Source: Clostridia bacterium (lineage in GTDB: Bacteria > Bacillota > Clostridia > Monoglobales > Firm-18). From it: DNA of 64,000 nucleotides. Below, one piece after another: positions 1 through 8,698 of the stretch. Position 1 is the stretch's first letter. The number at the start of each line of letters is the position of its first letter. Both the position numbers and the translations under genes were made by a program. The stretch lies in NCBI GenBank assembly GCA_045654805.1, contig JAZOOD010000063.1, positions 45,793 to 109,792 of the forward strand. Direction: 5' to 3'. The notes beneath the pieces were generated by a model. That model saw nothing but the letters and a program-made list of their open reading frames with translations. It searched no databases and was not told where the DNA came from.

Positions 1-1
1 C

Positions 2-1051
2 GAATTTTGCGGAAAAATACTGGAAGTTGGCGATAACTGGAAGGATAAATTTAAGGCAGGGCAGATGTTTGCGGTACAGCCTGCACTTAATTACAAAGGC
101 AGCCCGGAAGCTTTGGGCTATTCCTATAAATATTGCGGTGGCTGTGCTACATATGTTGTTATGCCTGCAGAGGTTATGATTCAGGATTGTTTGCTTGACT
201 ACAACGGCGAAGCATTTTTCTATGGGTCTGTTGCAGAGCCTATGTCATGTATAGTTGCAGCATATCATGCATTCTATCACACAAAACCCGGTTCAGTAGA
301 GCACGAAATGGGCATAAAGGAGGGTGGCAACCTTATCCTTCTTGCAGGTGCAGGACCAATGGGACTCGGTGCGGTTGATTATGCTGTACATTGTGACAGA
401 AAACCAAAACTTATGGTTGTTACTGATATTGACGATGCCCGTCTTGAACGCGCAGCTGAGGTTCTTACAGTAGAAGAAGCTGCTAAAAACGGTGTAAAGC
501 TTATGTATGTAAATACAGGCAAATATGAAAATCCTGAAGAATATCTTATGAGCCTTACAGACGGACACGGCTACGATGATGCAATAGTAATGGCTCCTGT
601 AAAACCTGTTGTAGAAACTGCGGACAAAGTTTTAGCTCATGATGGTTGTCTTAATTTCTTTGCTGGTCCTAATGACCATGCATTTAGTGCAAATATTAAT
701 TTTTATAATGTTCATTACGCAGCTACACATATTGTCGGCACATCAGGAGGCAGCACAGATGATATGCGTGAATCCTTGGAAATGATGGAACAGGGCAAGC
801 TTAATCCGTCAGTTATGATTACTCATGTAGGTGGTATAAACAGTGCGGCAGATACTACTATGAATCTTCCAAATATTAAGGGTGGCAAAAAGCTTATATA
901 TACCCATATTGAAATGCCACTTACTGCAATTGCGGATTTTGAAGAGCTTGGCAAGACAGACCCGTTCTTCAAAGAGTTGGATGAAATCGTAAAACGCAAC
1001 AACGGACTATGGTGTCCAGAAGCGGAAAAATATCTTCTTGCAAACAAATAA
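2..1051 (+). CDS. Zn-dependent alcohol/polyol dehydrogenase family protein (sorbose-1-P reductase-like); 5' end lies outside the window
   Basis: The frame is open from base 2 (EFCGKILEVGDNWKDKFKAGQMF...). A Rossmann motif LLAGAGPMGLGAVDYA is present. It sits next to mtlD. Confidence 0.75.
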   Translation, partial: EFCGKILEVGDNWKDKFKAGQMFAVQPALNYKGSPEALGYSYKYCGGCATYVVMPAEVMIQDCLLDYNGEAFFYGSVAEPMSCIVAAYHAFYHTKPGSVEHEMGIKEGGNLILLAGAGPMGLGAVDYAVHCDRKPKLMVVTDIDDARLERAAEVLTVEEAAKNGVKLMYVNTGKYENPEEYLMSLTDGHGYDDAIVMAPVKPVVETADKVLAHDGCLNFFAGPNDHAFSANINFYNVHYAATHIVGTSGGSTDDMRESLEMMEQGKLNPSVMITHVGGINSAADTTMNLPNIKGGKKLIYTHIEMPLTAIADFEELGKTDPFFKELDEIVKRNNGLWCPEAEKYLLANK

Positions 1052-1073
1052 TTCATATATGAGGTGATATATA

Positions 1074-2264
1074 ATGAAAGCGGTAATGTATGGCGCGGGC
1101 AATATTGGACGTGGATTTATCGGTCAGTTGCTCAGTGAATCAGGTTATGAAGTATCTTTTATAGATGTGAATATGCAGGTTATCGATGCTTTGAATCAGC
1201 GCGGTGAATATACTGTAGAAATTCTGGAAAATGAATCAAATCGCGAGATACAGGTAAAAAATGTTTGTGGAGTAAACGGTATGGATGCAGATGCAGTAGC
1301 GGAGGCTATTGCTCAGGCAGACGTTATGGCTACGGCAGTAGGTGTAAATGTATTACCTCGTATCGCAGGGAATATTGCAAACGGATTGAAAAGAAGATGG
1401 GAAAAGGGAAATACGGCGCCTTTTAACGTTATTATTTGCGAAAATCTTATTGGGGCAGATGCGTTTCTTACTGAAAAGGTAAAGGAATATCTTTCTCCGG
1501 AAGAATGTGCACAGTTTGATAAGTCTATCGGTATGGTAGAAGCATCAATCGGCAGAATGGTTCCACTACAGACTGAGGAAATGACAAAGGGCGACATCCT
1601 TCGCGTGTGTGTTGAGCCATATTGTAATCTTATTGTAGACAAGGATGCATTCAAGGGAGAAATACCCCCTGTAGAAAATATGTCAGCTTATCCAAAGTTT
1701 GGTCTGTATATTGAACGAAAGTTGTTTATCCATAATATGGGGCATTCAATGGCCGCATATTTTGGAAATTTAAAAGGCTATGAGTATATATGGCAGGCAA
1801 TAGAGGATGCCGAAATACGTGCTATGGTATTACATGGTATGATGTCTTCTGCAGTTGCATTGGCTGAAAAGTACGATGTACCTGTGGACTCACTTTATGA
1901 CCACGTAGGCGACCTTATTTATCGTTTTACAAATCGCAAGCTTGGTGATACGGTGTTCCGTGTAGGAAGGGATTTGAATCGCAAGCTTTCATCGGATGAC
2001 CGTCTTGTTGGTGCAATGCGTACTTGTAAGGAAATGGGGATTAAACCAGTGTTCCAGTATGCTGCCATAGCGTCGGCAATGCAGTTTGCTATGGATGATG
2101 TGTCAAAGCTTTCGCCGGAGGAAATTCTTACTAATATTTCCGGTTTGGAAAAGGGTTCTGATGACTATAATGCAATTATGGAATTTGTACCTCTTGCAAC
2201 TGAAAAAGATGCTTTGAGCAAGATGTCTGCAAAGGCTCTTAAGATGATTAGCGTTAAATATTAA
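1074..2264 (+). CDS. mtlD: Mannitol-1-phosphate 5-dehydrogenase
   Basis: N-terminus MKAVMYGAGNIGRGFIGQLL, ERKLFIHNMGH, and RVGRDLNRKLSSDDRLVG are colinear with E. coli MtlD as I remember it. RBS GAGGTGA lies upstream. Confidence 0.85.
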   Translation: MKAVMYGAGNIGRGFIGQLLSESGYEVSFIDVNMQVIDALNQRGEYTVEILENESNREIQVKNVCGVNGMDADAVAEAIAQADVMATAVGVNVLPRIAGNIANGLKRRWEKGNTAPFNVIICENLIGADAFLTEKVKEYLSPEECAQFDKSIGMVEASIGRMVPLQTEEMTKGDILRVCVEPYCNLIVDKDAFKGEIPPVENMSAYPKFGLYIERKLFIHNMGHSMAAYFGNLKGYEYIWQAIEDAEIRAMVLHGMMSSAVALAEKYDVPVDSLYDHVGDLIYRFTNRKLGDTVFRVGRDLNRKLSSDDRLVGAMRTCKEMGIKPVFQYAAIASAMQFAMDDVSKLSPEEILTNISGLEKGSDDYNAIMEFVPLATEKDALSKMSAKALKMISVKY

Positions 2265-2271
2265 CAAAATT

Positions 2272-2306
2272 AAACCACTGAAATTTTATATATTTCAGTG
2301 GTTTTT
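2272..2306. terminator. Bidirectional intrinsic terminator between convergent mtlD and spo0A
   Basis: Hairpin AAACCACTGAAAT / ATTTCAGTGGTTT with A- and T-tracts on the flanks. Confidence 0.6.
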
Positions 2307-2308
2307 AG

Positions 2309-3055
2309 TTATTTTATAATGTTATTGTTTTTCATTTCCAATCTTAATTTATCTGCAACCTTTGCAATAAATTTGCTGTTTGTGGGTTTTGTGTTGAATA
2401 ATTGTTCGAAAACATGTCTGTCACCTTTGTTCCACGCGATTTCTATAGCGTTTCTTATATTTCTTTCCACTTTGCTTGGGGTGGTATTATGTATTTCGGC
2501 CACTTTTGGATACAGCCTTGCAGTTACAGAATGAAGCCAGTCAGGATTTTCTGTTATCATAATTATAGATGTCCGAACATATTGGTAACCGATAATATTT
2601 TCGGGCATACCTATTTGATTTAAGTTTGATGTTACCATACTTTCCAAATCTACGTTTAAGGGGACCATGGTTTTTGGAGAATTTCTTACAACAAGTATGC
2701 ATCTGTCTATTATTTCATCAATATCCATATTGCGTGATATAATGTAGTCAGCACCCAGACGGTTTGTTTCCGATACATATGTAGAAGATGGTGCTGCAGT
2801 TATTGCAACAACCTTTGGTTTTAAGTGTTCTTCAAACCCCCGAAGCCTCATCAAAACACCTATGCCGTCTAATTGAGGCATAATATTATCCAATATAATA
2901 ACATCAGGTTGCCTTTCTTTGATAAGGGTTAATGCCGATATTCCGTCATAGGCTGCACCGCAGAAGTCCACTTCGTCCACCATTGCCGCATATTCCCTTA
3001 CAAGCAGACAAAATTCCTTGTTATCGTCTACAACCATTAGCCTGATTTTTTCCAT
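2309..3055 (-). CDS. spo0A: Sporulation master response regulator Spo0A
   Basis: It has a receiver domain (MVVDDN...IILDNIMPQLDG). The Spo0A-specific C-terminal DNA-binding signature SKVERNIRNAIEIAWNKG is also present. Confidence 0.93.
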   Translation of the reverse strand: MEKIRLMVVDDNKEFCLLVREYAAMVDEVDFCGAAYDGISALTLIKERQPDVIILDNIMPQLDGIGVLMRLRGFEEHLKPKVVAITAAPSSTYVSETNRLGADYIISRNMDIDEIIDRCILVVRNSPKTMVPLNVDLESMVTSNLNQIGMPENIIGYQYVRTSIIMITENPDWLHSVTARLYPKVAEIHNTTPSKVERNIRNAIEIAWNKGDRHVFEQLFNTKPTNSKFIAKVADKLRLEMKNNNIIK

Positions 3056-3159
3056 TCCTTATCCCCTTTGATTTATTGTAAATTATCTTTCTTGATTGTA
3101 TCATATAAAATTAAATCTGTCCATAAAATACATTGTATATTGGATTTTACAAAAATTTA

Positions 3160-3187
3160 AAGCACCGAATTTGTATCGGTGCTTTTT
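3160..3187 (-). terminator. Terminator hairpin just 3' of tRNA-Arg(CCT)
   Basis: Stem GCACCGA / TCGGTGC; the minus-strand tail is TTTAAATTTTT. Confidence 0.5.
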
Positions 3188-3262
3188 TGGCACCCCCGAC
3201 CGGAATCGAACCGATGACTAACCCTTAGGAGGGGCTTGTAATATCCTCTTTACTACGGGGGC
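3188..3262 (-). tRNA. tRNA-Arg (anticodon CCT), CCA encoded
   Basis: I folded a 75-nt cloverleaf by hand. Acceptor is GCCCCCG/CGGGGGT, anticodon loop CTCCTAA, T-arm ATCGG-TTCGATT-CCGGT. Confidence 0.9.
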
Positions 3263-3317
3263 ATATTATGGCGATTAATACCGCCACTAGATATTTTAAT
3301 ATTATTTTGCCTATATG

Positions 3318-4433
3318 TCAAGAAAGAAATGTCAGGGTTTTACGCCTCATATATACGTTGAGTACTAATCCCAAAGCCATACAGTTTGTCATAACTGATG
3401 ACCCTCCATAGCTTATAAAGGGAAGAGGAATACCCGTAACAGGCATAATACCTATTGTCATACCGATATTTTCAAAGGTGTGGAAAAGCCACATAGCCGC
3501 AACGCCCATACATATAAAACTACCTAGTTCGTCCTTGGCTTCTCTTGCAATTTTGATGCATCTTAAAATCATACCCATAAGTATCAGGGTAGTAATCATA
3601 CACATTATAATACCGCCTTCTTCACCAATTACGGAGAAAATAAAGTCAGTGTGTTTCTCGGGTAGGTAGCCAAGCTGTGTCTGTATTCCGTTAAAAAGAC
3701 CCTTTCCCGTCACTTGACCGGAGCCTATAGCGATCTTACTTTGCACTACGTGATACCCGTATGATTCGGCTGCACTTTCGGGATTAAAAAGTGCGTAAAT
3801 GCGATTTTTCTGATATGAATCCAGAAAGAAAACCCAGGAAACAATCGCCACAACACCGCCTGTTATACCGCCGGCAAGAATATATCTCCAGTCTATATTT
3901 GCTACAAAAACCATAACTATAAATATAAATACAAATACCATTGCACTACCGAAGTCAGGTTGTGCAAGTATAAGTACAAGAGGTACTGCAAGATGCAACA
4001 ACAGTAAAAATACATTCTTTATATAGTTTATATCGTGCTTTATTGTGTTCAGATGCTTTGCAAAAGTGATAATAAAACATATTTTTACAATTTCAGCAGG
4101 TTGAATACCAATGCTTCCAAAACGGATCCACCCCTTTGTGCCTGTAGATTCTGCACCTATACCTATTATCAGCACCAATACAAGCAAAAACAGGGATAAT
4201 CCCGCAAAAAATTTCCACAAATCAGTTAAATCTTCGTAATCAATATAAGTGATTATAAACATAAGTATAAGACCTATGAAAATACCAACACCCTGTACAA
4301 CAATGAATTTAAGGTTGCCGTCCATAGACCTTGTAGCGCTGTATATGAAAATAAGACCTATGATTATTGCGAAAAAAAACAAAATCATAAGTACTTTATC
4401 ATATTTTTTTATTTTTTCTGTAAATATACTCAA
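3318..4433 (-). CDS. SEDS-family peptidoglycan polymerase (FtsW/RodA/SpoVE)
   Basis: It is a polytopic membrane protein with the family C-terminal motif GIPLPFISYGGSS. Subfamily cannot be assigned from sequence alone. Confidence 0.85.
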   Translation of the reverse strand: MSIFTEKIKKYDKVLMILFFFAIIIGLIFIYSATRSMDGNLKFIVVQGVGIFIGLILMFIITYIDYEDLTDLWKFFAGLSLFLLVLVLIIGIGAESTGTKGWIRFGSIGIQPAEIVKICFIITFAKHLNTIKHDINYIKNVFLLLLHLAVPLVLILAQPDFGSAMVFVFIFIVMVFVANIDWRYILAGGITGGVVAIVSWVFFLDSYQKNRIYALFNPESAAESYGYHVVQSKIAIGSGQVTGKGLFNGIQTQLGYLPEKHTDFIFSVIGEEGGIIMCMITTLILMGMILRCIKIAREAKDELGSFICMGVAAMWLFHTFENIGMTIGIMPVTGIPLPFISYGGSSVMTNCMALGLVLNVYMRRKTLTFLS

Positions 4434-4552
4434 ATAATCTACCTCGTAAATTTATTATACACTAAGTATACCACAAAATTTGTAAAAAACAATAGACGAA
4501 ATTAAAAATATATTATATAATATATGTAAGTAAGTGTAAGAGGTGATTTATA

Positions 4553-4966
4553 ATGGCTAAACTATTCCGTGGCGCATTATTCGGTTATAACAAAAAGGAT
4601 GTTAAAAAGTATGTAGAGGAAATTAGTGCAAATTTTGCCGTACAGCTTGATGAATGTAAGGCAGAGATTGAACGGCTTAACGGACAACGGGCGGAGCTTG
4701 ATGCTAAAAGGGCTGAAATTGAAAGCAAAAAATCCGCGATTTCAGAGGCTATAATTTCCGCACAGGAAAAAGGAGAAAAGATTGTTACCGAAGCTCGGGA
4801 AAAGGCGGAAAAGGAGCGTGCGGATATGCAACGCAGAATTGCGGCGGAAAACCAAAAGCTTGTGAAAATACGCCGTGATATTATAAATATCAGACGTAAC
4901 GCAATAAAGGCTCTTAATAACATAAGCATAGATAATGACGAAGCAGAAAATTTTGACGAAATATAA
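4553..4966 (+). CDS. DivIVA-domain coiled-coil protein
   Basis: N-terminal F..GYNKKDVKKYVEEI resembles the DivIVA N-domain motif F..GYD..EV..FL. The rest is a charged coiled coil. RBS GAGGTGA. Confidence 0.6.
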   Translation: MAKLFRGALFGYNKKDVKKYVEEISANFAVQLDECKAEIERLNGQRAELDAKRAEIESKKSAISEAIISAQEKGEKIVTEAREKAEKERADMQRRIAAENQKLVKIRRDIINIRRNAIKALNNISIDNDEAENFDEI

Positions 4967-5039
4967 TACCATATGTAACCTTTGACGGAAAATATGAGTA
5001 CAATGTAGTGTAGTTATATTTTTTTAGGAGGTGCCTTTT

Positions 5040-5276
5040 ATGTATGATGAAAGATGTTGTATCAAAACATGTTGCTTTGATATAGTTATAGCCATAGTTG
5101 CGGCATTTTTGACTTTTTCAGTGGGCTTACTTCTTGGTGCAATATTTGGCGCAACTTTGATTGCGTTTGTTGCTTCAATAGTTGTGTTCCTTGTTGTAAT
5201 GCTTGTACTACTTGTTGTTTTGCTTATACTAAGACGTTGCCGCAGAGGTAAGGACGAAGGTTGTCTTGAAAGATAG
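5040..5276 (+). CDS. Small Cys-rich membrane protein, unknown function
   Basis: RBS AGGAGGTG lies 6 nt before the ATG at 5040. N-terminus has CCIKTCC, followed by a long hydrophobic stretch of about 50 residues (enough for two TM helices) and then RRCRRGKDEGC. Confidence 0.4.
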   Translation: MYDERCCIKTCCFDIVIAIVAAFLTFSVGLLLGAIFGATLIAFVASIVVFLVVMLVLLVVLLILRRCRRGKDEGCLER

Positions 5277-5339
5277 TGATTGACAAAGTCGGCGTAGCTT
5301 TTGCTGCGCCGATAATAATATAACCTGAGAGGACAAATT

Positions 5340-5912
5340 ATGAACGTATATGATTTTGATAAAACAATTTATGATGGGGACTGTACGGTGGATTTTTATT
5401 TTTACTGCCTTAAAAATTACCCCGTCATTTATAAAAAAATTCCCGAGGTTTTGTGGTACGGACTGCTTTTTAAAATGGGGATTGTGAAAAAGAAGGACTT
5501 TAAAAGCAGATTTTTTAAATTTGCTTTATTACTGCCTGACCTTAAAGGTGCAGTGGCAGATTTTTGGAGCGTAAATAAAAATAAGATTAAGAATTTCTAT
5601 AAGGAAACACAAAGGGAGGACGATATTATAATTTCCGCATCCCCTGTGTTTATACTTGATGAAATCTGCAAAATTCAGGGCATAAACCACCTTTATGCTA
5701 CAAATGTGGACTTGCAAACAGGCAAAATTATCGGCGAAAATTGCTACGGTGAAGAAAAAGTAAAGCGTTTTTACCAAGCAGGGTATGAAAAGGACAGTAT
5801 TGACGAATTTTATTCCGACTCCCTTTCCGATTCACCATTAGCAGATATTTCAAAAAAAGCCTTTATCGTTATTGGGGAAAAACTAATTCCGTGGAATGAA
5901 TATAAAAAATAA
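5340..5912 (+). CDS. HAD-superfamily hydrolase (HAD-IB-like)
   Basis: It has the N-terminal catalytic motif DFDKTIYDGD. Size and the SASP motif fit a HAD fold. Confidence 0.65.
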   Translation: MNVYDFDKTIYDGDCTVDFYFYCLKNYPVIYKKIPEVLWYGLLFKMGIVKKKDFKSRFFKFALLLPDLKGAVADFWSVNKNKIKNFYKETQREDDIIISASPVFILDEICKIQGINHLYATNVDLQTGKIIGENCYGEEKVKRFYQAGYEKDSIDEFYSDSLSDSPLADISKKAFIVIGEKLIPWNEYKK

Positions 5913-5935
5913 AACTGCTCATTTGAGCAGTTTTT
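5911..5935 (+). terminator. Intrinsic terminator of the HAD gene
   Basis: CTGCTCA-TT-TGAGCAG followed by TTTTT. Confidence 0.7.
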
Positions 5936-5936
5936 A

Positions 5937-6104
5937 TTATATCGAAGCAAATATTTTATATCCGCTTATTTCTTTATAAGCTTTCAATGTTTCGATGAAT
6001 TTTTCATAATCTTCATCATCTTCAAATATAACTTGTTGATTAATCCCTCTCAACATTATATGATAAATTCCGCTTTCACTTTTCTGTCTTGGACTTCTTG
6101 GCAT
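5937..6104 (-). pseudogene. Truncated IS200/RAYT-type Y1 (HUH) transposase stub (55 codons)
   Basis: Hand translation gives MPRSPRQKSESGIYHIMLRGINQQVIFEDDEDYEKFIETLKAYKEISGYKIFASI*. This matches the N-terminus of the COG1943/Y1_Tnp family but stops before the HxH motif and the catalytic Tyr. It is absent from the ORF track because it is under 60 aa. Confidence 0.7.
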
Positions 6105-6147
6105 ACTTTTCACCTCAACAGAATTTTATCATATCATCATTGAGCGG

Positions 6148-6293
6148 TCAAGACAGTAGAACCGTCCCCCTGTCTTTTGAACCGTCCCCTTGTCTTTCGG
6201 TTCTCTTGTCTACCTATTTCAGGACAGTAGAACCGTCCCCTTGTCTTCTTTATCGATGCATTTACAGGACAGTAGGACCGTCCCCTTGTCTTG
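6148..6293. repeat. Cluster of four REP-like palindromic units (about 26 nt, GGACAGTAGAACCGTCCCCTTGTCTT)
   Basis: Copies lie at 6152-6176, 6179-6197 (partial), 6222-6247 and 6267-6292. Each contains GGAC...GTCC and GACA...TGTC inverted segments. Confidence 0.8.
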
Positions 6294-6329
6294 AAATCAT
6301 TGGTTGTTGTTTTAAATTTTCAAATAATT

Positions 6330-6746
6330 CTATTCACTTGTACTATACCGATATGAATTACCACCAAGACGCTCCATAGACTTTATTCCATCCAGCACAG
6401 CATTCGAACTATCATTTATAAAAACAATCCCTTGTTCATCATCCACAGTGCCACTTATAGCAAAATAGACTTTAGCTCCATCTTTGCGTATTACGGTGAT
6501 TTTTTTGTTGATTTCATATTCTTCAAATGTTATTTGTCGTATTTCGACATTTTTATTGTCATATAAAACAATTTTACTTCCTTTTATCTTTGCCGTATGA
6601 AAATCAACATCTTTGATAACGGAATTTATTTTATAACAATATTCCTCCATTACGCTATAATTATTATTCTGGCAACCTGAAAATATAAACAATCCTGACA
6701 TAACGAAGCATAAAATTGAATATTTAATTAATCTATTCATACTCAT
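6330..6746 (-). CDS. Small lipoprotein, candidate immunity protein for the adjacent RHS toxin tip
   Basis: It has a signal peptide with lipobox LFIFSGC. It starts 11 nt downstream of the RHS-CT ORF, the usual toxin-immunity arrangement. Confidence 0.55.
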   Translation of the reverse strand: MSMNRLIKYSILCFVMSGLFIFSGCQNNNYSVMEEYCYKINSVIKDVDFHTAKIKGSKIVLYDNKNVEIRQITFEEYEINKKITVIRKDGAKVYFAISGTVDDEQGIVFINDSSNAVLDGIKSMERLGGNSYRYSTSE

Positions 6747-6757
6747 TCTCCCCTATA

Positions 6758-7720
6758 TTAGTATTTTGTTCTGCCACCATATAAAGCATAATAAATCCAC
6801 CATTGATTATTTCTGTCATAATAATACTTTATTCCTGACCAACGAGCTTTTCTATCCCATTCTTCGTCCAATCTCGGTAATCCATCCATATTTGCTAATG
6901 GAGGAATAAGACTTCCCCCTTGAGCAAGAGCTCCACTTATATATCCAGATACATTTTGTGACTCTAAATAGTAAGCCCAAACATAATTCCCTGCTTCGTT
7001 TCTGTTATATAAAACTCCATTCGCAAGATATAATGTTTCCTTTTCCATTTGTAATTTAAAATCCAAATCACCACCAACAGATTCACTTAAAATGCGTTTA
7101 ATACCTGTGGCCTTCTCATTCGCTTTATCAACTAATGAATCTAGTGTTTCATTTAAGAATTTAGTGTCAAATGAACTCCAATCGTACAACGTTACCGTCT
7201 CTTTACTATTAGCTTGATAGCGACTACCTTCAATTTCAGCATAATAACGATCAGTGTTAAGAAATTCCCAAAATCCCCAATCGTTTTCAACATAATATTC
7301 GGTTTGAGATGTATAGATATAATCTTTTAACCCACTTGGATCGATTCTGTTAATTGGATTATTGGAACAATACACATACCAATTCAATCCATCCCTTGCA
7401 GGGTCTTCTGTTATGAATCGCCCAATACTTGGATCATAGTACCTATTACGCAGGTAAATGAGTCCACTACACAAATCCTGATAATCCCCGCAGTATGCAA
7501 ATGGATTTTCGTCTGTTCCTGTTTGGTTAATCAAATTGCCATAAGCGTCATATTCATAGCTTTGGTTAACTGTGCCTGTGGTTGAAGTAATTGAGCTTAC
7601 ATCTCCGTGCTGATTGGTGCGGAAGTAGTTTGTTACATCATCTGCATCCGTTCGGTAGATTATTCCCGTAAGTCCCCGTACATAATCATTCTGATTACCA
7701 CCTGTAAAGACCCTGTTCAA
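6758..7720 (-). CDS. Orphan 5'-truncated RHS/YD-repeat protein fragment with a C-terminal toxin domain
   Basis: YD repeat YEYDAYGNLI and the RHS core LRNRYYDPSIGRFITEDP...YVYCSNNPINRIDPSGL are followed by about 190 aa of unrecognised C-terminal domain. The only start is a TTG that overlaps the upstream gene. Confidence 0.8.
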   Translation of the reverse strand: MNRVFTGGNQNDYVRGLTGIIYRTDADDVTNYFRTNQHGDVSSITSTTGTVNQSYEYDAYGNLINQTGTDENPFAYCGDYQDLCSGLIYLRNRYYDPSIGRFITEDPARDGLNWYVYCSNNPINRIDPSGLKDYIYTSQTEYYVENDWGFWEFLNTDRYYAEIEGSRYQANSKETVTLYDWSSFDTKFLNETLDSLVDKANEKATGIKRILSESVGGDLDFKLQMEKETLYLANGVLYNRNEAGNYVWAYYLESQNVSGYISGALAQGGSLIPPLANMDGLPRLDEEWDRKARWSGIKYYYDRNNQWWIYYALYGGRTKY

Positions 7721-8537
7721 TAAGCTTAGTCAAGGCTTTTCTTACCATTGGGGTATCTTCCTTATATGTTACTCCGTACCATTTGTCGGGAGTGTCCAAT
7801 ACCTTGATTTTTGCATTATTTTCCTTAATCATTTTTTCTATTACATCTGTTAGTATGTATTCACCCTTTAATGGGTCTTTTATATCTTTCAAAAAGCCGT
7901 GGAATGAACTTTCCAAAGTTTCAAAAATATCGGGATTAAATCCCCACATATTCATTGAAACTGTAGAATCAAGGGGAATACCGCTGTTTTTATCAATTTC
8001 CTTACATTCCACAATATCTGTAAGGTAGCCGTTTTCAACCTTGCACACACCGCGGGAGACTGTGCCGTTTTCCGTAATTGTGTTGCCCAGCTTAAAGCCC
8101 GCCATACACATGGATTTGTTTTGCGAAAGATATTGGTTTACAATCCTCAATGTATTTGGCCCGTAGTAGTCATCTGCATTTATAACCACAAAAGGGGTTT
8201 TAACAGCGTCCTTTGCACACAAAACTGCGTGTACCGTGCCATATGGCTTTGTACGTTCCTGAGGGATTTCAAACCAATCAGGCAATGAATCATAACCCTG
8301 AAAAACATATTCTGTATCAATTAGTTTTTCGATTCGTTTGCCGCATACATCGCGGAAGTCCTTTTCAATTTCCTTTTTGATTATAAATACAGCCTTTGAA
8401 AAACCGCTTTTTACAGCATCGTGTACGGAAAAATCAATTATAATTTCCCCATTAGGGCCCATAGGGGCAATTTGCTTTACTCCCCCGTATCTGCTGCCCA
8501 TACCTGCTGCCATAACAACCAAAGTCGAGTTATTCAT
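7695..8537 (-). CDS. Sugar-phosphate nucleotidyltransferase (NTP_transferase fold)
   Basis: It has the N-terminal motif LVVMAAGMGSRYGGVKQ. RBS GGGAGATG favours the ATG at 8537 (MNNSTL). Confidence 0.7.
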   Translation of the reverse strand: MNNSTLVVMAAGMGSRYGGVKQIAPMGPNGEIIIDFSVHDAVKSGFSKAVFIIKKEIEKDFRDVCGKRIEKLIDTEYVFQGYDSLPDWFEIPQERTKPYGTVHAVLCAKDAVKTPFVVINADDYYGPNTLRIVNQYLSQNKSMCMAGFKLGNTITENGTVSRGVCKVENGYLTDIVECKEIDKNSGIPLDSTVSMNMWGFNPDIFETLESSFHGFLKDIKDPLKGEYILTDVIEKMIKENNAKIKVLDTPDKWYGVTYKEDTPMVRKALTKLIEQGLYRW

Positions 8538-8635
8538 ATATAACATCTCCCATTATTTGTTAATTTTATTATACCTAAATGCACAAGTAAAATCAAGTGT
8601 AATATTACAATTATGTTATATGTAAGATATTTCTA

Positions 8636-8665
8636 TTGTCAAATTATACGATATTTTGTTATAAT
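8636..8665 (+). promoter_or_regulatory. Putative sigma-A promoter of the SLH-GH18 gene
   Basis: TTGTCA, 18-nt spacer, extended -10 TGtTATAAT. Confidence 0.45.
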
Positions 8666-8698
8666 GTATGTATATTTGTAAAAAGGAGGGGTGCGTGG

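Noticed and set aside
6148-6293. Possible miniature CRISPR array, because a roughly 26-nt unit recurs four times.
   Set aside because: Spacing is irregular (offsets of about 27, 43 and 45 nt), so the putative spacers would be 1-25 nt. One copy is partial and no cas genes are in the window. A Y1 transposase stub is adjacent, so REP-like repeats fit better.
6089-6379. 96-aa plus-strand ORF from the track, with a repetitive peptide (EPSPCL / RTVPLS motifs).
   Set aside because: It is simply a translation through the REP-like DNA repeats. The periodic peptide mirrors the nucleotide repeat, and there is no RBS. I treat it as non-coding.
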